Shown piece by piece: positions 24,035-37,369 of a stretch of 64,000 nt of DNA; within the stretch, counting starts at the first letter, position 1, and every line of letters starts with the position of its first letter. This DNA is from Octopus sinensis. Lineage: Eukaryota. The notes under the pieces are model-generated. The model had not been told where the DNA came from and ran no database searches. It saw only the letters and a program-made list of their open reading frames with translations. The translations under genes and the position numbers were made by a program. The stretch lies in assembly GCF_006345805.1 (NCBI RefSeq), contig NC_043001.1, positions 15,314,001 to 15,378,000 of the forward strand, given 5' to 3'.

Positions 24035-24410
24035 TGTTCGGTGCCGGTGGCATGTAGAAAGCACCATTTGAGCGTGATCGTTGCCAGCGTCGCCTTACTG
24101 GTACTTGTGCCAGTGGCACATGTAAAAACATTCGAGCGAGGTCATTGCCAGTGCTGCTGGATTGGCTCCTATGCAAGTGGCACGTAAAAAACACATTGCC
24201 AGTACTGCCTGATTGGCCCTCATGCTGGTGGCACATAAAAGCACCCACTACACTCTCAGAGTGGTTGGCGTTAGGAAGGGCATCCAGCTGTAGAAACTCT
24301 ACTAGATCAGATTGGAGCCAGGTGCAGCCATCTGGTTCACCAGTCCTCAGTCAAATCATCCAACCCATGCTAGCATGGAAAGCGGACGTTAAACGATGAT
24401 GATGATGATG
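24035..24410 (+). mobile_element. Family B (RTE 3' UTR) copy
   Basis: Modules, ggaagggcatccag block and (ATG)n tail. Confidence 0.85.
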
Positions 24411-24624
24411 AATCTTATTGTTTGTTTACATTTGACATCTCGGATATGAAATGTAACAAAAATCAGTGCTGGCAATAATTTCTACAGCATATCTCTTTAC
24501 TCTTTTACTTGTGTCAGTCATTTGACTGCGGCCATGCTGGAGCACCGCCTTTTAGTCGAGCAAATCGACCCCAGGACTTATTCTTTGTAAGCCCAGTACT
24601 TATTCTATCGGTCTCTTTTGCCGA

Positions 24625-25702
24625 ACCGCTAAGTGACGGGGATGTAAACACACCAGCATCGGTTGTCAAGCAATGCTAAGGGGACAATTACAGACACACA
24701 AACACATACACACACATATATATATATACATATATACGACAGGCTTCTTTCAGTTTCAGTTTCCATCTACCAAATCCACTCACAAGGCATTGATCGGCCC
24801 GGGGCTATAGCAGAAGACACTTGTCCAAGATGCCACGCAGTAGAACTGAACCTGGAACCATGTGGTTGGTTAGCAAGCTACTTACACACAGCCACTCCTG
24901 CGCCCTTATCTGTAGAGATAACCCTAACAAACGCTAAACTACAAGGACATAGAGACACTAACATTGGTGGGCGTGGTGCAAATACCGCTAAGTGACGGGG
25001 ACGTAAACACACCAGCATCGGTTGTCAAGCAATGCTAAGGGGACATTACAGACACACAAACACATACACACACATATATATATATACATATATACGACAG
25101 GCTTCTTTCAGTTTCAGTTTCCATCTACCAAATCCACTCACAAGGCATTGATCGGCCCGGGGCTATAGCAGAAGACACTTGTCCAAGATGCCACGCAGTA
25201 GAACTGAACCTGGAACCATGTGGTTGGTTAGCAAGCTACTTACCACACAGCCACTCCTGCGCCCTTATCTGTAGAGATAACCCTAACAAACGCTAAACTA
25301 CAAGGACATAGAGACACTAACATTGGTGGGCGTGGTGCAAATACCGCTAAGTGACGGGGACGTAAACACACCAGCATCGGTTGTCAAGCAATGCTAAGGG
25401 GACAATTACAGACACACAAACACATACACACACATATATATATATACATATATACGACAGGCTTCTTTCAGTTTCAGTTTCCATCTACCAAATCCACTCA
25501 CAAGGCATTGATCGGCCCGGGGCTATAGCAGAAGACACTTGTCCAAGATGCCACGCAGTAGAACTGAACCTGGAACCATGTGGTTGGTTAGCAAGCTACT
25601 TACCACACAGCCACTCCTGCGCCCTTATCTGTAGAGATAACCCTAACAAACGCTAAACTACAAGGACATAGAGACACTAACACTGGTGGGCGTGGTGCAA
25701 AT
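24625..25702. repeat. Near-identical tandem triplication, period 359 bp, built from family A SINE sequence
   Basis: Units start at 24625, 24984 and 25343 (accgctaagtgacgggg); only a few substitutions and indels. Confidence 0.95.
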
Positions 25703-25869
25703 ACAAACACAAAGACACACATACACACACTGAACCCAGAACTTCTTACCACACAGCTATTAGGCTTTTTTCGTTTTATTGCCACAGAAAATTTTCGTAA
25801 AGATGTAAAGTTATAAACTGGAAGCTCAGAAAGTGAGAATCACCTGTATGTTTGCATGTAAAAGGACTT

Positions 25870-26180
25870 GAAGAATGCTCGTTCCAATTAGTTGTGGTGT
25901 CAAACAAGGTGATATAACTGTTCCTATCTACTATATTTTCTTTATACTGCATATAATTTACAACAGATATTTTTCCCACTGCTTTCAAAGAATGCTCTGT
26001 AAGTATTTGCATTAAGTTATTCAACCTCAAACAGTATAATTCTAAATCACACACTTTTGTATCTCACTGATAAGAGGCCTCTTGCATAAAGATGGTATCA
26101 TCACACACAATGAAAAAGAGCTTGAAACGCTTGTAGATAAAATTTCACTGGCATGTAACATGTTACGCCTTTAAAAGGAA
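25870..26180 (+). pseudogene. RTE-BovB-like RT remnant
   Basis: ISCGVKQGD-like motif (tgtggtgtcaaacaaggtgat) and THNEKELETLVDKISLACNMLRL. Confidence 0.6.
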
Positions 26181-26339
26181 TTTAATGTTCTTATTTACAA
26201 ATACTAATTTGAAGAGGAGCAACATCACTAGACAACAGAAAGATGGCTGTTTGAAAAACTTATTGGCCCCAATGCTATCAAACAAATATAGAATCAGAGA
26301 AGATTTTACTGATCAGTTAAGTTCTAGGTTTAGCATATA

Positions 26340-26722
26340 CTCTTTTACTTGTTTCAGTCATGTGACTGTGGCCATGCTGGAGCACTGCCATTAGTCGAGC
26401 AAATCGACCCCAGGACTTATTCTTTGTAAGCCTAGTACTTATTCTATCGGTCTCTTTTGCCGAACCGTTAAGTTACGAGGACCTAAACACACCAGCATCA
26501 GTTGTCAAGCGATGTTGGGGGGACAAACACAGACACACAAACACATATATATATATATATATATACACGACGGGCTTCTTTCAGTTTCCATCTACCAAAT
26601 CCACTCACAAAGCTTTGGTCAGCCCGAGGCTATAGTAGAAGACACTTGTGCAAGGTGCCACACAGTGGGACTGAACCTGGAATCATGTAGTTCGTAAACA
26701 AGCTACTTACCACAGAGCCACT
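26340..26722 (-). mobile_element. Family A SINE
   Basis: Reverse-complement copy. Confidence 0.87.
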
Positions 26723-29024
26723 CACTCGAAATTCTGAAGGTGTGTCAGCATATGTTTCCTTTAATTAGAGTTCAGACTAAATCTGACTTCTTTTTAAAAT
26801 GACTTAAATGAATTGGGTAGAAGTAGCAATCCCAGCGGTGAAAATACACTGTTGATCAGGGAATATGGAAAATGAAACGAACATGTGAAAATTGCTCAAA
26901 ACATAAAGCAGCATAGATATTGCTGATCAGCATTTGCCAGGAAAACTTTTAGGCAAATTAATGGACAGTGTTAACATTTAATGATGTGATGAAGAAAAGA
27001 CAACATTTGGTAGGAATCAGATCTAGACATGCCTAGGACTTACACTTCTTCAGTGAAGCATAATCTTGACTGTACATGTGACATTGTGACGAGAGAATCG
27101 GTAAGAAAATGTACAATATTGTACACCAGTTGGCCTGAAAGAGTAGAACATATATATGTGTTTATGACAGTCCTCTTATCTCCAAACAACGAGTCAGTCC
27201 CATTCCTTAACGGCATGTCAGTTTTGGAGAATTCTGGAATCTTGAGATTGTCTCCCCTTTTGACCATAATTGCCATTTGATAATTATGATGCTTTAAAAG
27301 TGGAGATAATTTTAATATAAATGATTTATAGGTATGTGGTACTTCGTTATAGAAACATAAGGTATTTAACATAACATAGCAGTGTGTGTGTTGTGTGTGA
27401 GAGTATGTGTGAGTGTGAGAATGTGTGCTTGAGTGTGTGTGAGAATGTGAATGTGTGCATGAGTGAGTGCGAGTGTGCTTGAGTGCATTGGCGTGTGTGT
27501 GTGTGTGTGTATAAAAAGATTCTTTTGTCTATGGTTCAAGAGATTTTTCTACACAAACTACATGATGGACTTTTCAAGTTCTTGAAGACTTCCTTCTTTG
27601 CTACGAATATATTTAAAATTTCTCTATATCTAAAGCCATCATTACATGCACAATATCATTATATAATAAAAGTACACACACAGACACACACACACACACA
27701 CACATACATACATACAAATGAACTTTAAGAATAATTTTCTGTGAGAATAGAGTAATGTTGCCAACGTCATTAGTGGTAATTTTATTTTATCTCCAGCAGT
27801 AATTTAAGATGATTGATTTATTCTCATGAAATAGTTAAATGTTACTTTGCATCATTTGAATTGCCTTTGAATGAAAAGGTTTTTTTCTTCTTCTTCACTT
27901 TTTATTTTTTATAAAAATAAACAACTTCAAATAATCAATTAGCTACAAAATAAATTTAAGATAGTAATGCTGCAGAGTGGTCAAAGTAAGGCAAAGTACG
28001 ATTAAAAAAAAAAAAAAAAGTCTAAAGTTTGTAGTAGTTAACTATCTTACAGTGCTGCTGTATTCAAGAAATGTTAATCTCTTTCGATACTTGACCCTTT
28101 GTCAGGCAATGCAAGGAGACTGTTTCCTTTAGTTAATTACTGACAAACTTGACTAAAGTTTCAAGGCATCAAGATCTGGTTAAGTGCAGAAGTAGATGTA
28201 AGGGAGAGAGGTTGGCTTTAAGTAGAGTACTCCTCCTACTACCTGATAACTATGGAAACAAACAAGCACCTAAAACTAGAAAAATAAACAAACAAAAAGA
28301 GCTAAAAAGGTGAAAGCATTGTGTTTTCCAACGTTATTTTGTTTTGTACTGGCATGAGTAACAAGGACATTTTTATAAAGTTTGTTGAGTTAAATATTTA
28401 TTTGGTGGAGGTTCAACCTACCACACTAACTCCTTTCTTATGAAGTAAAAGTAATGAACTTCACCTGGGAGTACAATATAAGGATTCCAGGAAAATTTTA
28501 AGAGAATAGATTTATTTACTCAAGTCAAAAGTTTACAAACTACACACATTTCCTTCCTCTTGTTTTTGAAGAAGGAAATTAGAGCGAGTTTGAAGTCTTA
28601 TACACCTCGAATGTGGTTGCTCATATTGCTAGAAATGTAAACAAACTTTCAAACCACACCCTACTATCTTAAAACAAAGTGCGACGGGCCACAATCATGG
28701 TCGTCAGGCACCGGTTGACAGGCCACGATCGTGGCCCAGATAGATGCCTTTAATTTATGGGCATTTGTTGGGGTCTAATATCACTCAAACGCTCTGATAC
28801 CCCTCAGAATGCAAGAGGACTAATAGTTCAACTAATGACTTTTCAGATGATCTAAAACTTGCCACCGTTATATACTAAGAAGATATTTGAACTATTTTTT
28901 GTTTTTTATGTGTGCATGGTAGTCTCATTTTCATAAAATGTGCTCAGCAGTCCATGCTAATGTAAGTGCAAAGCCCAGCGTTTTATGGGTTAAAAAGGGC
29001 ACATTCAATAATTTAATCCTATAT

Positions 29025-29407
29025 GGAAGAACTCCGTCGGTTACGACAATGAGGGTTCCGGTTGATCCGAATCAACGGAACAGCCTGCTTGTGAAATTAA
29101 CGTGTAAGTGGCTGAGCACTCCACAGACACGTGCACCCTTAACATAGTTCTCGGGGATATTCAGCGTGACACAGAGAGTGACATGGCCGGCCCCTTGAAA
29201 TACAGGTACAACAGAAACAGGAAGTAAGAGTGAGAGAAAGTTGTGGTGAAAGAGTACAGCAGGGATCACCACCATCTCCTGCTGGAGCCTCGTGGAGCTT
29301 TTAGGTGTTTTCGCTCAATAAACACTCACAACGCCCGGTCTGGGAATCGAAGCCGCGATCCTATGACCGCGAGTCCGCTGCCCTAACCACTGGGCCATTG
29401 CGCCTCT
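29025..29407 (-). mobile_element. tRNA-derived SINE (family F) with 14-bp TSD
   Basis: Head GGCGCAATGGCCCAGTGGTTAGGGCAGCGG..TTCGATTCCC; TSD ATTTAATCCTATAT at 29011-29024 and 29408-29421. Confidence 0.9.
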
Positions 29408-29689
29408 ATTTAATCCTATATATAGTATGTCTGAAAAGAAGATGTGATGGCTGTGGCTGGAATGTCTTTGTCCAGGATCTTGCCAGCTCAATTCTGAATT
29501 GGAGCTAAACAACGACAATTACTATTTTATGAGATTTACTTAGAACAGTCATAAAATTTACCTTTTGCAATAATTAATCTCTTTGTAATCATAATTTTAC
29601 ATTAATCAAATAACACATAGTTCTTCAAGTGATACCATGAGTAGTTGTAGCAACTGTTTTTACAGCAAAATACTCTTCTCAATATACAT

Positions 29690-30087
29690 AGGCATAGGAG
29701 TGGTTGTGTGGTAAGTAGCTTGCTTACGAACCACATGGTTCAGACCCACTGCGTGGCACCTTGGGCAAGTGTCTTCTACTGTAGCCTTGGGCTGACCAAA
29801 GCCTTGTGAGTGGATTTGGTAGACGGAAACTGAAAGAAGCCCGTTGTATACATGTATATATATATGAATGTGTGCGTGTGTATGTTTGCGTGTCTGTGTT
29901 TGTCTCCCTAACATCGCTTGACAACCGATGGTGTGTTTACGTCCCTGTAACTAAGCGGTTTGGCACAAGAGACCGATAGAATAAGTACTACAAAGAATAA
30001 GTCCTGGGGTTGATTTGCTTGACTAAAGACAGTGCTCCAGCATGGCCACAGTCACATAACTGAAACAAGTAAAAGAGTAAAAGAGTA
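29690..30087 (+). mobile_element. Family A SINE
   Basis: Full-length copy. Confidence 0.88.
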
Positions 30088-30305
30088 TACATGTTCACAA
30101 ACGTGGTCAGCTGGCCAAATCGTTAGCACACTGAGCAAAATGCTCAACATTTCATCCATTTTTACTTTCTGAGTTCAAATTCTGCCAGAGTCGACTTTGC
30201 TTTTCATCCCTTTAGGGGTCAATAAAATAAGTACTGGGGTCAATTGCTGGCCTTGTGCCAAAATTTGAAATGAATATACATGTTTATTAATTAGCCCATC
30301 TATAA

Positions 30306-30592
30306 CAGTGGTTGGTACTCCCCCTTGGGGTTAATGGAAAGATCCGGAGGTGGGGTGGGGCGTTGAAGAAAAATAGGGTAATAATGGGGTGACCAAAACA
30401 AGGCAATGAATGTAAAAAAAAAAGAATACAGACAAAATAAAGGGTTAAGTTAAATCTTATTTGTGAAATATTGTTGTTTTGAATTTGTTGCAAAAAATGG
30501 TCTATGTCTATGATGGTGAGTGGGGGTGGCAGCACTAGGAATGTGGCCTTAGACCAAGGGGGCAGCAGCCTGAAAAAGTTTGGGAACCACTG
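30306..30592. mobile_element. hAT (Charlie-like) MITE
   Basis: TIR CAGTGGTT..AACCACTG with a perfect 8-bp TSD ATCTATAA (30298-30305 and 30593-30600). Confidence 0.88.
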
Positions 30593-31014
30593 ATCTATAA
30601 CAATGTAAGACAATTATGGCAATATTAACTTTATATGAACCAATGACTTTTATGAAACTTATAATTTTCAATGTCCAATTCCATAACTTTCCCTCATTAT
30701 TTCACGATCCACCACCAAAGGTGCAATAAACGAAGTCAGTGATGCAAAAAAGCTGGGTGGAGAAACTATCAGATTGTCAGTTCGAGGCTTGTAAGCTGGA
30801 TAACACTGTTCAAGCCATCAAACATGACAGACTGAACCTGCATGACAAGGGGAAAGCAATGAAGTGACTAGTGGTGATGATGAATATGAATCCTAAAAAA
30901 AGTAGTGAAAGTCTTCAAAAGAAAATTAAATTTCTAATGGGACAAGAAACTTATGTGTGTACAAATTATTTTAAGACTTCCTACAGATGATTGAAGGGTA
31001 TTCTTAAATGGGCT

Positions 31015-31230
31015 GGTTATGCTGCACTGGCATAGACTATGGTTTCATTTTACTTGCCGGGTCTTCTCAAGCACAGCATATCTCCAGAGGTTTCAGTCAC
31101 TTGTCATCGCCTCAGTGAGGTCCAATATTCGAAGGTTGTGCTTCACCACCTCATCGCATGTCTTCCTGGGTCTACCTCTTCCACAGGTTCCCTCTATTGC
31201 TAGGGTGTGACACTTTTTCACACAGCTGTC
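31015..31230 (-). pseudogene. RTE LINE ORF C-terminal fragment
   Basis: MDKDSCVKKCHTLAIEGTCGRGRPRKTCDEVVKHNLRILDLTEAMT, homologous to ORF 17386-17850. Confidence 0.85.
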
Positions 31231-31914
31231 CTTATCCATACACAACACACACACGTACAGACACACACACCCACACACAAACGCACTTGCACAAGGGCCC
31301 AGGGCAAAAGCAAGAGACGTCCGCCCAAGGTGTCATGCAGTGAGACTGAACCCGAAACCACATGATTGGGAAGTACAATACAACTGTTTAACACAAAGTT
31401 TAATGAGTCATTTCAAAGGGAAAAGAGAACCGGTGTTTAACAGTTCTTTAGATTATTTTATGATCACATAACATGGATATATATTTAGATTGCTTTCTTT
31501 TCAGCATCAACCATAAAAGAATATAACAAAGTAGTTCAGGTACATACAGTCAGCTGTAATATTTTATGGCATTTGAACAGAGTGTGTACAAAACTGACAA
31601 TTATTTCACTGGAAATGTTTTCCCATAAATAAAGACATTTCAATAAGTTTATTAGAGAAGGGCACAAATCTATGTGAATATTCTTTCATTGTTTTTCTTT
31701 TATTCTTTTATTTGGTTCAGTCATTTTGACTGCAGCCATGCTGGAGCACCACCTTTACTCGAACAAATCAACTACAGGACTTATTCCTTGTAAGCCTAGT
31801 ATTTATTCAATCAGTATCTTTTGCTGAACTGCTAAGTTATGGGGACGTAAACACACCAATATCGGTAGTGGGGAACAAAGACAGACACACAAACATATAC
31901 ATATATCAACATCA

Positions 31915-32290
31915 TTATCATCATCGTTTAACGTCTGCTTTCTATGCTGGCATGGGTTGGACAGTTTGACTGGGGTCTGGCAAACCAGTAGGCTGCATCA
32001 GGCTCCAATCTGATCTGGTAATGTTTCTACAGCTGGATGCCCTTTCTAACGCCAACCATAGTGAGAGCATAGTGGGTGGTTTTTACATTCCACTGGCACA
32101 GGAGCCAGTCAGGCAGGCCTGGCATCGTGTTCGGATAGTACTTTTTACATGCCACTGGCACAGGAGCCAATCAAGCGGGTCTGGCACTGATCATGTTTGG
32201 ATGATGTTTTTATGTGCCACTGGCACAGGAGCCAGTCAGGGGGCTATGATTTTGGTTTTACTTGACAACAGGTTTTCTCAAGCATATATA
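31915..32290 (-). mobile_element. Family B copy nested in a family A SINE
   Basis: SINE tail at ~31700-31900 and head at ~32300-32480 flank the insertion, which sits at the SINE microsatellite. Confidence 0.75.
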
Positions 32291-33408
32291 CTCTTAAATA
32301 TATATATATTGGGCAAGTGTCTTCTACTATAGCCCCAGGCTGACCAATGCTTATAAAACAAGCTCCTTTCAGTTTCTGTCTGCCAAATCCACTGGGGCTA
32401 TAGTAGAAGACACTTGCCCGAAGTTCCATGCAGTGGGACTGAACCTGGAACAATGTGGTTGGTAAGCAAGCTTCTTACCACACAGCCACTCATGCACCTA
32501 TATTCAATAAATAGAACTAATCTTATTAACACTAAAAGTGTCTACTCTAATTATAAGGGTTATTGGGAGAGCTTTACAGGGAAGGTTTTTTTTCTTTATA
32601 TGTTTTTCCTGTTTGACATACAGTAAAACTTCAACTGAACCAACAATCAGGTTCGAGAAACAGTATTGCTTTTGGAAATATTCAGATTTCAATAAAACCA
32701 AAATTAAAACATAAAACATCTGTTCGATTTCTTTTAGAATCTAAAAATATAGAAATATAACTTAAGGGAATAAGTACAAAGTTATTATAGTGTATTTTGT
32801 GAGGTGGGTTTATTCAGTGATAGAGGCTGGTTGGTATACCAATTCTAAATATGCATTGTTGGGGGTTCATTTGAGCAGTTTCCTAATTAGATTAAAAATC
32901 TAAGCAAAAACAAAGCAAAAAAAATTGGTAGGATGCAGCACAAAATATAGTTGGATGATGCACTAGACAACAGGCATTGCTTGGGATTACACACCCCAAC
33001 TCATCTCTTCCAAAATGAAGTTTTTTTCTAAATAGTTCCTTTAAAATTAAAATTAAAATGTTTAACCCAAATTGAGTTTTACTCACGGGTTTCCTTTAAA
33101 ACCATTTTAAAATTACCCTTCACACTGACATTCTTCAAAGATATCTTCCACACTGTGAGTATCTAAGGTAAAACAATGAAAAGAGCAGTGGTGAAACTGG
33201 AGTGTATTCTACCTGGGGCAGCCCTTGAGTTTCCCACCCTCTTCTTATACAGACTTATAGAGCAGATCCAAAAGTGCTGCCCACATAAAGCATTGCTTTC
33301 TCCACCTACGTTACTGGTAAAGTGATCCTGCTGAAGTTATAATAATTATTCTAGTTTGCAAATAATATTTAGAAGTTACCAAATAATTTTGTTTATTTTC
33401 CTAATATA

Positions 33409-33784
33409 CAGGGTGATTCAAAAGTCGCCATACATAGGAGTAATTTATCTTTTTATAAGAAGCAGTTTATAAGAACAGTTTTTTATTATTATTTAACAGG
33501 CTCTATATGGTTACCACTGTTTCGAATACACATTACAATATGTTTAACCCCCACTCACTGTGAACTCGTAATAGCACATCTGGTGATACGTGTGCAAAGG
33601 AGTTGGTGATGCGTTCCTTCAAATGATTTATGTCTTTTATCTTTCTGCGATACACCGTGCCTTTCAAATGCCCCCAAAGATAGAAATCAAGAGGGGTCAG
33701 ATCAGGGGATCAGGGGGATCTTATAAACTGTTTTTATAAAAGGAATAAATTTTTCCTATGTATGGAGACTTTTAAATCACCCTG
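33409..33784 (-). mobile_element. Internally deleted Tc1/mariner-superfamily element (maT/rosa-like)
   Basis: TA|CAGGGTGATTCAAAAGTCGCCATACATAGGA ... TCCTATGTATGGAGACTTTTAAATCACCCTG|TA. Minus strand encodes SPDLTPLDFYLWGHLKGTVYRRKIKDINHLKERIT. Confidence 0.9.
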
Positions 33785-35394
33785 TATATTTTTTGCGTCT
33801 TGCACTGAATATTCATATTAAAAAAAAATTTCAGTTTTATCATTAATTTTCTTCCATAGAAGAAAACTTCATGTGCCATTTAAACTGCGCCAAGTGCTGT
33901 TCAGTTTTCTGTGGTCAAGGGATGAAAGCAGAGGCAAACACGAGTGGTAGCAACTATCTAACATTATTGAGTAGTTTTAGTGAAACCAGTACTACCATCT
34001 TACCATTAAGAAAGCAGAACTAATTAGCACATTTATTTATGGAGAAGGGTAAAGCTACAGAGAAAGCTGGCTTTTAGATGAAATATGACATTTGCCAAAT
34101 ATCAAAAAAGGATAAAAATATGAAAAAAAAAATGTCTACATAACTGAGATAATTTGTACAAAATGTTCTTTTGATTGTTGATATTAACACTACTGGTATA
34201 GTTAAAACTGGCTTGTCAAGTAATACAGAGAAACAGACAAAAAACTTGTACAAGAAATTGTATGAGAATTTAAAAAGACAGCGACATTATTATGAGTAAA
34301 TATATGTTTGAAAGTATATAAATCTCACTGAGTTTCTTAAATTTGTCCTTTACTTATCTATGCTTTGTAAATCCTTTTATATTGTTGTTTGTAAGGGAAA
34401 AGTAAAAAGACACTTGCTCAAGGTATCACACAATGGAATTAAATCTAGAACAACATGGTTGCAAAGTGAAATTCTTAAACACATTCTTTTCTTAATTAGT
34501 CACACAATATAACTCTTCCCATTATTTTCACAACCTGGTCCATCAATTTCATGCCTCAGTAGCTGCTTCGTTTTAGGGCTTCTTGTTTGCCCTTGAAGTT
34601 ATTGATGATACTATATTGCCAGTCACTGGGTATGACACAGTCCTGATTATGTGAGTGACTTGTCTCTGCCATACTTTTCCAGATATTTTCATCATCTCAT
34701 CCCTGATCATCCAGCTGCTTTTCCTACTTTCATATCCCAAATTGCACTTTCAGCCATGTTGCTAATTTCAATAGCATGTCCCTCCACTAGAGCAACTTAA
34801 GGTTACTTCCTAGCTCTCTCTCTCTTTCTCACACACGTTTTCTTCATTCAACCTATCATAACATCTCCAAGCCTTACTTTTCAGTAAAGGTGAAGTACAT
34901 CACTGCCATTTCAAACACTTTTTCCCAACAATATCTAAATCACCTAACACAGTGCTTTACAATTTGAAACATGAATCTTTTATCACAGAACATTGCTTAA
35001 CCCCTTATTTCTAGCTTCCCTCATGCCATATATGCCTTCTGATTAAGCTGTCTGATAATGTTCCATTTCCTCCTTTCTTCCAATCTTTCTAGGCCCATCT
35101 CTTGGCTTTTATTACTCAAGCTAGTATCATCTAACCACTCTGTCACTCTTCATCTGGTTGATACCTTGTTCCCATCACAAACCTGGTGCCTGTGGTAAGG
35201 CGTGTGCCTGTCCCATTCTTCTTCTTCTTTCAAGATACATGTCACCTAATGCCTTTCTGAAGAATAAAAATCTTTGTTTTCCTGCCTTTGCCACACCAAA
35301 TTGTCTTGTGTTTAAGATTCTTCATGAAGGAAAGAATATTCACAATCCTTTGTCTGTCCAGTTTCCTGGGGACTGTGAAGTCTATCTGGCTTAA

Positions 35395-35602
35395 CCCTTT
35401 TGATACCAACCTGGCTGAAACTGCCTCTGGCTCTGTTGTACAAATGTCTTGTTTTCAAAAGTTCTGAATTAAAATCTTCCACAATTTATGTTCCTAACAC
35501 TAGCTTAATGATAACTAAGTTATTTTACTAAATTATTTATTATATTTAAAATTAATTGAAAGAAACACAGAGCATCTCAAAATAAATACGTTAGCGAGAG
35601 GA
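35395..35602. mobile_element. piggyBac-type MITE (family D2)
   Basis: TTAA|CCCTTTTGATACC...; opposite orientation to the copies at 16 kb. Confidence 0.8.
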
Positions 35603-35622
35603 TTAACAAATGATTAATTTAA

Positions 35623-35820
35623 CCCTTTTGATACCTGAAACCGCCTCTGGCTCTGTAGTACAAAAGTTTTGAATTAAAATCTTCCACCAAACCTTGGTCA
35701 CAATTTATGTTCCTAACACTAGATTAATTATAACGAAGTCATTTTACTAAATTCTTTGTTATATTTAGAACTAATTGAAAGAAACAGAGGATTCTCAACA
35801 GAAATACAGTAACAAATGGG
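35623..35820. mobile_element. piggyBac-type MITE (family D2)
   Basis: TTAA|CCCTTTTGATACC...AAATGGG|TTAA. Confidence 0.8.
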
Positions 35821-37369
35821 TTAAGTGTTTACTTGAGTAGTGGGTGACAAGATTGTTGGCTAGTTTTCTGAAGTTAGTATTACAAATGGTTAGCTCATTT
35901 GTTACAGAATTCTAAGAGTTTTCATCTTTCTCATTCTTCAAACCATACCCATAGCCACCACCATGCACATTTGATTAGCCAGTGTTCATTTTGTCACAGT
36001 TGTGATAGTGTGAGGTTGCTGCCATTCAAGTGGGAAAATGGTCCATTTACTCATCAGATAGTAGTGTATAGACAGAGATTACTGTTGTTGGTGTATTGTC
36101 TATGGCTAACCTAAACTTAATTATCCTACACACTAGAACATTTGGTATGAACTACACTGAAGGATTTTGACAAATGCCAACTCATATAATAGAAATAAAA
36201 TACTATGGGACTTATACAGTACTGAAGCATTGGAGATCTTTTTTTTTTTTGGGGGGGGGGCTAAAAACACAATTCTGAATAGAAATTTGTAAACATAGGA
36301 TATAAAAGACTATCATGTATCTAAATAGATGATAGTTATCTGTGTCTTTATACCTAATAGGTTGTGTTTTTTTTTAAAGAAATAAAATTGTGATATAGTC
36401 TTAACTTTTAATATTAGCTTCTGAAGATCCATCTAAAGGTGAAAGCATAGTTTCTTAACCAAAACATTATATCTGTTGTGAGTGTGCATGATTTCCTTAA
36501 AGGTACAATGACTGTTAAAACTCTTCTATAATATACTCTTCAACAATCTCACAATTATTTATCTCACAATATTCAATTCATATGCACTTTAAAGATTATC
36601 TTTTCAACATACGCTTACCACAATATAATTTTTTATTACTTTGTTTTATCAAATTATATCTGCTACTTCATGATTCTAGTCTATCCAAAAGCCAAATATA
36701 TAAATATCTATCCGAAGCATGTTTCATTTGTTTATCTACAATTTCCTTTATCTCTCACTGCCTTTCCTGGTATTTACCTCTTAAAATACACTACACTGTG
36801 CTAAAACTAAAATCATTTAATATCAAGTAGTAATTTTCTGTCATCACATACCTGTAAACAACTGTAAAAACATGAATAAAAATTGAGATAACATCACCTT
36901 TTTACATATCAGGTGATTTTATACTTCAGTCGTAATCTTGAATAATAATAAGAAATAGAAATAAAGAAAGGTACCCATGTATTTACCTTCAATAAATATT
37001 CACAATGGATATTAGAAAATACATGTTATGAATATATACAAACATAAACGCATGGGCACTGCATGTGTGTGTGTGCATGTGCAAGTACACAGATGTGGCT
37101 GTGTGGTAGGATGTCTGCTTTGAAACCACATGGTTTTGGGTTCAATCCCATCTTGAGCTAGTGTCTTGTAATTATAACCCTAGGCCAACCAAAGCCTTGC
37201 AAATGGATTTGGGAGATGGAAAGAAGCCTGTCTGACACATGTACACACACAAACACATGTGTGTGTGTATGCTGAAGCATGTGAGCTTACATGTGTTACT
37301 GTCTACTTGCACTGACTTTGCATGATAGTTGTAAACAAGAGTTCATCATGCAAGCCCTGTCCATATTCA

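Larger units (their letters stand above)
34520..36110 (-). pseudogene. Old RTE LINE internal fragment (APE to RT N-terminus) interrupted by two TTAA MITEs
   Basis: Minus strand: TTVISVY and VHGGGYGYG (APE region) near 35945-36090; DMKVGKAAG..MMKISG..IPSDWQYSII..KGKQEAL..Y*GMKLMDQVVK near 34520-34780. Confidence 0.65.

Noticed and set aside
29330-29407. tRNA-like sequence (also the heads of families A and C)
   Set aside because: A and B boxes are present but continue into SINE bodies; no complete cloverleaf or acceptor stem.
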